NCBI GenBank assembly: GCA_024655825.1
Contig: JANLFJ010000004.1
Location: 15,158-79,157 of the forward strand
Direction of reading: 5' to 3'
Source: Peptococcaceae bacterium
GTDB taxonomy: Bacteria; Bacillota; Peptococcia; DRI-13; PHAD01
DNA length: 64,000 nt
Below, piece after piece: positions 36,124-44,043 of this stretch. Within the stretch, counting starts at the first letter, position 1. Each line of letters starts with the position of its first letter. The notes under the pieces are model-generated. The model was not told the DNA's origin. It did no database searches and saw only the letters and a list, made by a program, of their open reading frames with translations. Both the position numbers and the translations under genes were made by a program.

Positions 36124-38330
36124 GGCTTGCCTTTAACCTCCCTTTCATTTATGAGCACGAACCGCAGGTACCCTATTTTCACATCGCCTATTTTCTGGTA
36201 AATATGCAAGGCTGCTCTCCCGGCTTGCAAATGCTCCGGATGCTTTATGATGATTTTTGCCGGAATAAGCTCCCGGGGGCTTGCCTTGATGGGCGAAACA
36301 TCTATCGTCTTGTCTTTTATCCCTGTACGCACGGCCGTGCGGCCGCCCATGATTTCCAGCCGAATATCCCCGGCCTGGATGCCGTCCAGTTCTATGCTTA
36401 TACCGGAGTAATAGCCGCCGTCCAAGGGATTGTTAACAAAAAACAGGCACTCGTTTTGGGCATAAACATTGATCCGGCAGCTGTTCAAACGGTGGACGGC
36501 GGGATTGTAAACCAGCCGGCCGTAAAGATCGGAAAGGCTGACAAACCTGGACGGCAGGCCGGCCTTTTCTCCCTCCACCAGGCAGACAGCCTGCCCGGGG
36601 CACCGGTTTCCAAGCGCAACGGGCCCGCAAACATTGAAGGAAAACGGGGCCAATTCCGGCGTGGTCATCCTGGCGATCCAGTTCCAGAAGGCGGGCAGGA
36701 CCAGCGGCGCCAGGGGAGCGGAATACACCTGAAAGACATGCCGTTTATTCTTGGCGGTGTTGTTTTGAACCCTAAGATACAGGTGCCTGTTCTCCGGGCC
36801 CCAAGGATCGGCGAGGTCGTCGCGGTGCTTGAAGTTGACGCCCATGCTTTCCTGGGCATCTGCGCACTTTTCGTTTTTGAGGATGATGTCGGGAGTACAG
36901 CAATCCTTTTCCAGCGACCCGCGGTTAAATCTCTTTTCAGCCAGACTGTTTCTCATGATAAGGCCGCTTTCTCTTTCCAGGTAATTGCTCATTGAGCCGG
37001 CGTTTAAAAAACCGAACCCCGCGGCCTTGTTCCAGCCGGGCGAGCCCGCCCTGTGCCCCATGAAGCTCGCCCCCGCGGTCACATCGAGCGCGGAGCTTTG
37101 CAGAACATGCTTGAGGTCTTTTTTCCTTAATTCGGGTCGCATCTGCAGCAGCAGGGCCGTCAGCCCGGAGACATACGCCGCGGCGGCGGACGTGCCGCTT
37201 GAAACCAGCCAGCCGTCATCGGTCCTGGTCCCGTCCCTGGTCCCGTTGTTCCGGTCAAAAACGCTGCCGGGCTGCGTGGGGAACAGGATCAGCTGGGCCT
37301 TGGGCATCCGGCCGCACGGGCCGCAGATGTCGGGCGCGAAGCGGCCGGCAAACAAGTCCGAATAATAGCTGCTGGAAATGTCCGATACCTCCAGCAGGCC
37401 GTCTTCGCGGGGGAAACACCCGCCCACGGACAGGACATCCGGGTGGCACACCGTCTGAAAGAACGAAGCCCGCCGGTCGCTTGAGCCGTTCCCGCTGGAA
37501 AAAACGACGGTGGCCCCTTTGCTCACAGCATTGGCTATTTCCAGGTATATTTGCGGTTCAAAACCAATCGTGCCCCAGCTGCAGTTGATAATGTCCGGCT
37601 CCAGCCGCGACGCTTTTTGAAAGGCGGCCACCGGGTAGCTGAAACACTCGTCGGCCAGTTTTACAACCGTGTAGTTTATCCCCGGAGCGACGGCCAGCAG
37701 GACGGAAGACATGGCGGTGCCGTGGCCTCTTTCGTCCCGGCTGATGTCAAACCCCCGCACGGCGGGAACGACATTAAAAGAATAGCCGTTTTCCCTGAAA
37801 TGGCGGTGGTTGTACAGCCCGGTGTCCACCATGACTACGTTTATTCCCCTGCCGTCTATCCCGCGCCGGTGAAGCTCTTCCACCCCGGCAATCCTCCTGA
37901 TGTCCCCGGGCACCCTGAGGTGATAGTAGTCCAGTTCCGGCATTGCGTCCTCGAGCAGCCCGTTGAGCTCAAAGCTCTGCCGCGGAAACGATATTTTCTC
38001 GATGTGCCTTTGGCAAAAGGGTGCCCTTGGCTCCTCATCGGCAATAAAAACGTACTTTTCAAAGTCCCTGATGTATTTTATCCTTTCCTTCCTCACCGCC
38101 ACCCCGAAAGTTTCCTCAAACAGCTCCCGCGGGCCGCTGACGGAGATCCCGACCTCCGAGTCGGCTTCCACCGCAAAGCCCCGAACGGCAAACTCGCTTT
38201 TTGTTTCCTCGACCGCTTCGGGCGGAGGAACAAACAGCGCCAAGGTGCCCCTGTTCAATTGGGCAAGGTCCCGGTAAACGGACAGGCCGCCCTTCGAGAA
38301 AAACGTAACCGTAAACACGACAGTCTCCAT
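36120..38330 (-). CDS. Subtilisin-like (S8) serine peptidase with no signal peptide and large N- and C-terminal extra domains
   Basis: Start set at METVVFTV (ATG 38330, RBS GGGGGAG). The catalytic triad contexts are VVMVDTGL (Asp), HGTAMSS (His) and SGTSAAAAYVSG (Ser). ATGA overlaps the downstream adenylase gene. Confidence 0.85.
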   Translation of the reverse strand: METVVFTVTFFSKGGLSVYRDLAQLNRGTLALFVPPPEAVEETKSEFAVRGFAVEADSEVGISVSGPRELFEETFGVAVRKERIKYIRDFEKYVFIADEEPRAPFCQRHIEKISFPRQSFELNGLLEDAMPELDYYHLRVPGDIRRIAGVEELHRRGIDGRGINVVMVDTGLYNHRHFRENGYSFNVVPAVRGFDISRDERGHGTAMSSVLLAVAPGINYTVVKLADECFSYPVAAFQKASRLEPDIINCSWGTIGFEPQIYLEIANAVSKGATVVFSSGNGSSDRRASFFQTVCHPDVLSVGGCFPREDGLLEVSDISSSYYSDLFAGRFAPDICGPCGRMPKAQLILFPTQPGSVFDRNNGTRDGTRTDDGWLVSSGTSAAAAYVSGLTALLLQMRPELRKKDLKHVLQSSALDVTAGASFMGHRAGSPGWNKAAGFGFLNAGSMSNYLERESGLIMRNSLAEKRFNRGSLEKDCCTPDIILKNEKCADAQESMGVNFKHRDDLADPWGPENRHLYLRVQNNTAKNKRHVFQVYSAPLAPLVLPAFWNWIARMTTPELAPFSFNVCGPVALGNRCPGQAVCLVEGEKAGLPSRFVSLSDLYGRLVYNPAVHRLNSCRINVYAQNECLFFVNNPLDGGYYSGISIELDGIQAGDIRLEIMGGRTAVRTGIKDKTIDVSPIKASPRELIPAKIIIKHPEHLQAGRAALHIYQKIGDVKIGYLRFVLINEREVKGKP

Positions 38331-38364
38331 GGGCTTCTCCCCCGCCTTCGGCAATTATTGATTA

Positions 38365-38643
38365 TTATTCAAAAAAGCATCTCTGGATTACCGCGGACAG
38401 AACAGCGATGTTCCTGAAGTTGTCCTCGACCAAAATATCCGGGTGAAATTCCTTCTGATAGAAGCTTTCTATGGAAATGGTCAGCTCAATCATCTGGATG
38501 GAATTGAGGGAAAGACCGCCGTCAAACAGCTTTGTTTCCGGCTCCACCTGGTCGGTATTGATCCTGAATGTTTCGGCGATGATGTTTTTCAGATCCTCGA
38601 TGATCTCTCCCTGGCTGATGTTTTCTTTCACCTGTTCAAGCAT
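38365..38643 (-). CDS. Free-standing acyl/peptidyl carrier protein
   Basis: 92 aa from ATG 38643 (RBS GGGAGG). The phosphopantetheine-site-like motif is FDGGLSLNSIQMIEL. The longer 164-aa track ORF overlaps the upstream gene. Confidence 0.75.
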   Translation of the reverse strand: MLEQVKENISQGEIIEDLKNIIAETFRINTDQVEPETKLFDGGLSLNSIQMIELTISIESFYQKEFHPDILVEDNFRNIAVLSAVIQRCFFE

Positions 38644-38693
38644 ATAAAATCCTCCCGCCCGTGTAATCGAAAACCTTCTCAAGCCGCAGTCAA

Positions 38694-40097
38694 TCACGCC
38701 CGCTGCTTTTGGGCCACGTTCATATCGTCTTGGTTGAAGGTGTTTTTCCTGTTCTTGAGCGAATGGTAAAACGACCGCTGTATTCTGGCTTTTTCCTGCT
38801 CGCTGTAATAATAATAGGAGATGTTCCCGGCCCACATTTTGCCCTTTTCCGTCAGGCACAAAGCGTCTCCCTCCTCGGAGAGGTAGCCCGCCTCCAGGAG
38901 GTCGTCCGTTTTCTCCAGGATTTCCAAGACGGCGGGAACGTCTTTCTTTGGTATTTTGGTGAAGTTGGGGAAGAAAACCATTACCCTGTTTTTCAATTCC
39001 TCGTCCGTACAGACATGCCCCGCTTCAACCGCGTAAAGCCCCCGGCCGATGCTGTCGATGTATTCCTTTATCGAGCAGAAGGTCCGGTAGCTGTGCCCGG
39101 CGATATAGCTCATCGACCCCGGCCCCAGCCCCAGCATGTAGCTGCCGTATTCCCTGTTGTTGCCCATCGACAGCTCTATCCCCGTCCAGGGGCTGTCCGT
39201 CCGGTCGCTGAACAGGTTGATCAAGACCTGGTTTTTATACCCGTTTTTCGCCAGCCTGTCCATGACAAAGGCGAACATCTCCATCTCTTTCTTCAAGGTC
39301 GGCGGGTCTTGGAAATAGCCCCGGTCCACCTTTTCTTTCAGCGCGGTATTGTGGAACAGGTTAAACTGGTAAGTCTGAATGAACATGGGGTTGAGCTCGC
39401 GGCAGGCCCTGTCCAGGTCGGACTCCAGGATTTCCATGTTCTGATCAGGCAGGTTGTAGATCAGGTCCAGGGCATAGGAAGGGATGCCTGCCTTTTTTAT
39501 CGCCGCCACCGTTTCGTAAATGTCCTCGAGGCTGGCCTTGATGTTCATTTGTTTCCTGATCCCTTCGTTGAACGTCTGCACGCCGAAGCTTATCCTCTCC
39601 ACACCCAGGTCCTTCAGCAGCCTGACCCTGGAAAGGTCTTTCAAACTCATCACGTTGCCTTCCAAAGAGATGCCCCGGCATTCGGTCAGGTCAAAGTATT
39701 TGTTAATGCCGGCAATGATGCTTTCCAGGAGGTCGTTCTCCAGGCAGGAAGGGGTGCCGCCCCCGAACTGCACATAGCCGATTTTTGAGTCTTGGAAAAA
39801 CGGGGTGCGGGAATACATGGCCATTTCTTTCTGCAGGGAACCGACAAACAGTTTCCTTTCCTCGTACGAATATTTCCTTAAGGGTTCCTTAAAGCAGGCG
39901 CAGTACGCGCAAAAAGACTCGCAGTAAGGGATGTGAACATATAGCAGCACGGGCGCCTTCTTTTCCGGCGCGCTGTCCAAAAATCCGAAATACTGGCGTT
40001 GATCCGCAATCCTGTCCTGGTAAAGACAGATCTTCGGGTAAAACCAGGTCAGGTTAACCCGTTTGTTGATGTCCTCGAATTCTTCTTTTTTCAGCAT
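38694..40097 (-). CDS. HemN-like radical SAM enzyme (class C radical SAM family)
   Basis: 467 aa with HIPYCESFCAYCAC (CxxxCxxCxC) and FGGGTPS. A HemN_C-like tail is present. Confidence 0.88.
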   Translation of the reverse strand: MLKKEEFEDINKRVNLTWFYPKICLYQDRIADQRQYFGFLDSAPEKKAPVLLYVHIPYCESFCAYCACFKEPLRKYSYEERKLFVGSLQKEMAMYSRTPFFQDSKIGYVQFGGGTPSCLENDLLESIIAGINKYFDLTECRGISLEGNVMSLKDLSRVRLLKDLGVERISFGVQTFNEGIRKQMNIKASLEDIYETVAAIKKAGIPSYALDLIYNLPDQNMEILESDLDRACRELNPMFIQTYQFNLFHNTALKEKVDRGYFQDPPTLKKEMEMFAFVMDRLAKNGYKNQVLINLFSDRTDSPWTGIELSMGNNREYGSYMLGLGPGSMSYIAGHSYRTFCSIKEYIDSIGRGLYAVEAGHVCTDEELKNRVMVFFPNFTKIPKKDVPAVLEILEKTDDLLEAGYLSEEGDALCLTEKGKMWAGNISYYYYSEQEKARIQRSFYHSLKNRKNTFNQDDMNVAQKQRA

Positions 40098-40130
40098 GTC
40101 ATAAACCCCCCTCCCAAAGTAAAGCAGCCC

Positions 40131-41144
40131 TTAAATCGTGAACCTGGAAACCTGCTCGCCCAAAGCCTCACGGCACAGCCTGATCACGGAGGCCGGCTCA
40201 ATCTGTTGCCTCAGGCACATCCTCCTCATGTTCATTAGGCAGATGGGACAGCTGAAGACAAAAACACCAGCGCCGTTATCTTTGGCGTCCGCGATGTTCT
40301 TTTTCTGCAGCTCCTCGATGTTTTCCAGGCTCTCTCTGTAGTACAGCGGCGTGCCGCAGCACAGGGCATGTATGCCGTCATACTCCCTTTTCACCCGCTC
40401 TACGCCGATCAGCTCAAAGATCAAATCGACATACCCGTCCTTTTCCGGGGTGTACCTGGCGCCGCACGGCCGTTGAACAGCCGCCCGGCGATTCAGTTTT
40501 TTTATCTTCCCCTGGTGCGCGGCGAGATACTTATAGATGTATTCGTGGATGTGCACCGGCCTGAAGGGAACGTCAACGCCAAATTCCGCGGCTTTCACCT
40601 TGGCGACCGCATAGCACTCGTCATGGTAAAAAACGATTTCCTCGCTGCCCAGCCGGCTCAAATTGCCGACAAACCGGACAACATCTTCCTTTTTCAGCGG
40701 TTTGCCGATATGGATCATACCCAGATGGCAAAAATACCTGCCGCCTTTTACCAGGGTGGCCCGGTCGAACAGCTGCCCCTCAAACAGGCGCGGAACAAAA
40801 TCGCCCAGCGAACAAAGGGATATTACCGGCCCGTCCTTTTCGCCCGTCCTGATTTCATCGGCCACTTTCGTTAAATTGCTATACTCCCTGGCCGTTTTTT
40901 CAGGAACAGGCGGCACACCGTACTTTTCCTGGCACATGTTGATCAGGTCGAAAGGATTGGCTTTCTTTTCGCAAAATTCGTTGCAGGCCGAACAGGTAAC
41001 GCATGCCGACAGTATTTCGGCCTTTTCCCCTCTCATCAAACGGCTTATCTCTTTGACCGCCTCAGTTTTGCTGTAATTAAGGTATTGGCACCTGACAAGG
41101 CAGTCGCCGCATAAATCGCAGTTTTTTCGAACAAACATGGACAC
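40131..41144 (-). CDS. Fe-S oxidoreductase: 2x[4Fe-4S] ferredoxin motifs plus cysteine-rich CCG domains (GlpC/HdrD/LutA-like)
   Basis: 337 aa with CDLCGDCLVRC and CVTCSACNEFC. CCG-type motifs (ALCCGTP, FSCPIC) follow. Confidence 0.78.
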   Translation of the reverse strand: MSMFVRKNCDLCGDCLVRCQYLNYSKTEAVKEISRLMRGEKAEILSACVTCSACNEFCEKKANPFDLINMCQEKYGVPPVPEKTAREYSNLTKVADEIRTGEKDGPVISLCSLGDFVPRLFEGQLFDRATLVKGGRYFCHLGMIHIGKPLKKEDVVRFVGNLSRLGSEEIVFYHDECYAVAKVKAAEFGVDVPFRPVHIHEYIYKYLAAHQGKIKKLNRRAAVQRPCGARYTPEKDGYVDLIFELIGVERVKREYDGIHALCCGTPLYYRESLENIEELQKKNIADAKDNGAGVFVFSCPICLMNMRRMCLRQQIEPASVIRLCREALGEQVSRFTI

Positions 41145-41202
41145 ACCTTCCGCCTTGGAGGCCGGAGACCTTTGCCGGCAGGCCGCTTTTTTCGGCCGCC
41201 GT

Positions 41203-41856
41203 TCAGGCGCCGGACCTCTTCAAAATATTGATGCCGTGAAGAGTCGTGCCAAAAGTGAACAGCATCATTGGGGAACCGAAATCATGTATTTTTTTCAACG
41301 AGTAAATTTTCCTGGCTTTTTCCGTGGTAATGCAGGCGTTAACCTTCCCCTCGGCGCACAGCTTGGCGGCATGGGCATTGGAATTGGCCTCGTAAATCCT
41401 GTTTTTCAGACCGGACAGCAGCGGCTTCGGCGAGGGGTGCGCGGCTATAACCCAGTCCTCCGGAATCCTTTCCACCCCTTCCCTGGCCGCCAGCTGTAGG
41501 TCGTCAAGCGGCATGTAATAGTGGTGCATAAAGAAGTAGCAGTCTTCGTGGGAAAAATACAGGTCGTTCAGGCGGCAGTACACCGCGCACAGGACAATAA
41601 CCGGGAAATCCCCGCTGCCCGTTACTTCCCTGGCTTTTCTCACTTCTTCTTCCGGGGTGTCGCAGTATATGAAGACGGCTTTGTCCTGGATTCCGATCTC
41701 CTTGACCCACTGCCGGGCCGCCTTGCTGATGTTCGTACCGTCCGGACCAAGGCAAAACATTTTTACCGTTTTTATGCGGTCATTGCCCAAAACCCTTTTG
41801 ACCGTGGAAAAATCGCAATTGGCTTCCGCAAATCGTTTCAAGCCTGTCCCGTTCAT
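41203..41856 (-). CDS. Prephenate dehydratase-fold protein, BacA-like (putative non-aromatizing prephenate decarboxylase)
   Basis: 217 aa with no ACT domain. Motifs are LGPDGTNISKAA (PDT GPxGTxS), AAHPSP and NSNAHAAKLCAEGKVNACITTEKARKIYSL. It lacks the PDT TRF motif, reading SPMMLFTFG at that position. The start abuts the upstream stop (TGAATG). Confidence 0.65.
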   Translation of the reverse strand: MNGTGLKRFAEANCDFSTVKRVLGNDRIKTVKMFCLGPDGTNISKAARQWVKEIGIQDKAVFIYCDTPEEEVRKAREVTGSGDFPVIVLCAVYCRLNDLYFSHEDCYFFMHHYYMPLDDLQLAAREGVERIPEDWVIAAHPSPKPLLSGLKNRIYEANSNAHAAKLCAEGKVNACITTEKARKIYSLKKIHDFGSPMMLFTFGTTLHGINILKRSGA

Positions 41857-43272
41857 TCAGGCAAGGTCACCTCTTCTCCAGCCCGCCGGGTAAGTGTACT
41901 GCCCCAGCCTGTTAATCGCTTGGCCCCACGCAGCCAGTTCTCTTCTGAACGCTTCAATTTCCCCGGGTGATTTCAGGCCGAATTCCACCCTGAAATAATC
42001 GTCCTGCACTTCCCTGACATCAAGGCTGTCGGCCTGTGAATACTTTTGGGGCAGGTGCCGTTCCACCTTGCGGTAGGCCGGGGAGCCGGGATTTATCTCA
42101 ATGAGGTTGGCGATGACTTCCTGGGGAGCCTTGTGCAAATACTTGTAAGACAGTTCGGCCACTCGCTGCGCCTGCTCGTACGTCTTGGCCAGGGATTCTT
42201 TGTCCTCTCCGGGCAAGCCCAGAACAAAACTGGCGATGGTGTCAATGCCGTGGGAATACAGCAATTCGGCTGCCCGCAGGTTATCGGCCGGCGAAGCATG
42301 TTTGTTGATGTTCCGCAGTATTTTTTCGCTGCCGGATTCAAACCCGATGGCCACCTCGTCTATATCCAGCCTTTTCAAATAATCGATAATCTCCGGAGTA
42401 ATCCGGTTGGCGCGGGCAAATATCTTGAGGTGCATGCCGTTTCCAGGCATGTGTTTTTCTTTAAGCTCGCACAACCGGGCCAACCATTCGCCGCTTTGCA
42501 AAAAGTCGTCCCCGATCTCGAAGACATACCTGACTGAGGGCATGCCGGCCAGGTATTTCAACTCTTCGAGATACACCTCCGGTTTTTTGAACCTCACGCC
42601 CCGGTCCGCCCTCCCGCAGAAAAAGCAGTACTGCGAGTTCAACCTGTTGCTGCACCCCTTGTGGCTGTAAGCCCTGAAACTGGCCAGGGCTTCGCCTCTT
42701 TCCAGCGTTTTGTGGTTGCCGTTCCTGTACTGCTGCAAGACTTTTTCGTCGATATAATCGATTTTGCCGTCATCAATCGGGACATTCCTTGTCTCGTTGC
42801 AAACGACCTCTCTTGTTTCGGGATGCAGGTAGACCAGGTTGGGTATCCTCTCCGGGGGTTCTTCCTTTACCAGGGAAGCGAACGCTTCTTCCCCGTCCCC
42901 GACAATGATGAAATCCACCAGCCCGCTCCTGTTTTTTATGATCCTGTCCGCCAAATGCGTGGCGTGATGCCCCCCCATAACCGTGGTTATGCCTTTCTCC
43001 TTGGCTTTTTGCAATATGCCGAGGGTGTTGCTGTATGACGCCATCATGGGCTGGATCCCAACCAGGTCGTAATCGCCTTGGTCGATCATTTCGCAGATTT
43101 CCTGCAGGTCGTGATACTCGCCGTCGATGATGTCCACCTTAACCCGCAGACCCTCGTTCCTCAACACGTAATTCTGCAAGGCGACCAGCCCCAGCGGCGG
43201 GCTGTCGTTGACGCCTTCGGTGTAGTAGTAATCGTCCATCGGGGCATATACCAGCAAGACGTTTTCTTTCAC
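41857..43272 (-). CDS. B12-binding-domain radical SAM enzyme (class B); first gene of the operon
   Basis: 471 aa with a GTG start after GGGAAGGAGG. The N-terminal B12-type Rossmann region is VLLVYAP...DLVGIQ...TVMGGHHAT. The radical SAM core has an unusual Cys spacing, GCSNRLNSQYCFFCG (Cx8Cx2C). Confidence 0.8.
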   Translation of the reverse strand: MKENVLLVYAPMDDYYYTEGVNDSPPLGLVALQNYVLRNEGLRVKVDIIDGEYHDLQEICEMIDQGDYDLVGIQPMMASYSNTLGILQKAKEKGITTVMGGHHATHLADRIIKNRSGLVDFIIVGDGEEAFASLVKEEPPERIPNLVYLHPETREVVCNETRNVPIDDGKIDYIDEKVLQQYRNGNHKTLERGEALASFRAYSHKGCSNRLNSQYCFFCGRADRGVRFKKPEVYLEELKYLAGMPSVRYVFEIGDDFLQSGEWLARLCELKEKHMPGNGMHLKIFARANRITPEIIDYLKRLDIDEVAIGFESGSEKILRNINKHASPADNLRAAELLYSHGIDTIASFVLGLPGEDKESLAKTYEQAQRVAELSYKYLHKAPQEVIANLIEINPGSPAYRKVERHLPQKYSQADSLDVREVQDDYFRVEFGLKSPGEIEAFRRELAAWGQAINRLGQYTYPAGWRRGDLA

Positions 43273-43514
43273 GGCTCCGCCTCCTTCCCGGTTGCAGCCG
43301 TTTAATACCGCGGTATCCGCGCCATTTATTGTTATATTTTTATATATTATATAATTTTGTATAATTTATGAACATATAGACTTCTTGTTTCAAAGCGTTT
43401 CTTTCTTATCTTAATTGCCAGATTAATTGTGTACTATATTATAAACCACCCTGCTTCAGAATACGTGTTTCCATGTGTATCATTTTTTAACATTTTTTTG
43501 CATTTTCTGTTATT

Positions 43515-43543
43515 ATTTTACTCTCTTGTCCGGGGGTTGTCAA
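43515..43543 (-). promoter_or_regulatory. Candidate sigma-A promoter of the 9-gene operon
   Basis: The minus strand reads TTGACA (43543-43538), a 17-nt spacer, then TAAAAT (43520-43515). This would give a ~235-nt AT-rich leader. Confidence 0.55.
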
Positions 43544-43624
43544 CAGTTATGTCATATTGTTTTGTCAACTTTTCTCCAGAGCTGACCGCAGGGCAGGCTA
43601 TCCCTTCTTTTGCGCCCATTTAAA

Positions 43625-43764
43625 AAGGCTGCTGGCACTTGGCAATGTCAGCAACCTTTTTAAATTCAGCAGAGTATATTACGGCCAGTTATCAAGCGGC
43701 AATACCACTCCGCCTGGCGGCGTATTTTTTCTCGCTGTTTTCAATAATTACAGCGGCGCCGGCG
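43625..43764 (-). pseudogene. Remnant of a paralogous DAACS-symporter 3' end plus its decayed terminator
   Basis: 43684-43764 aligns with 47620-47700. The encoded AGAAVIIENSEKKYAARRSGIAA* compares with DASAAVIVENCEKKYAARQGSVAA* in the intact gene. In addition, 43622-43655 aligns with the hairpin at 47557-47591. Confidence 0.8.
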
Positions 43765-44000
43765 CAGTATTGATCAACACGGCCGTTTTTTTCATCAGGG
43801 AGAGGGTTTGTTTATTGATCATATCCCTCGTCTGGCTGGTCAACGGCACGTGGATGCTGATACAGCAGTTCTTCCATATAAAGTTATTACGATTTAGAGA
43901 AGTCTTTTTTTGTGGTTTATGCAGTGAAATCATTTTTGGCTTCACGACAACCTTCTCCTATCGTTGGCAAATTTACAGCTGTACTGCCTTTTTCTCCTTT
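43765..44000 (-). pseudogene. Frameshifted internal fragment of a D-2-hydroxyacid dehydrogenase paralog
   Basis: The minus-strand ORF 43748..43945 reads [33 protein letters not shown]. The intact gene 49912..50889 reads [33 protein letters not shown]. An upstream GSTAV segment lies in another frame. Confidence 0.8.
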
Positions 44001-44043
44001 AAGTCATTATTCCTACCAGCCCGAGTGCGCCGTCCCCTCTTTC

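Noticed and set aside
43519-43619. 33-aa minus-strand ORF (MGAKEGIACPAVSSGEKLTKQYDITVDNPRTRE), considered as a possible RiPP precursor upstream of the radical SAM operon.
   Set aside because: It has no Shine-Dalgarno sequence. It overlaps the candidate promoter and the decayed copy of the symporter terminator region, and there is nothing to show conservation.
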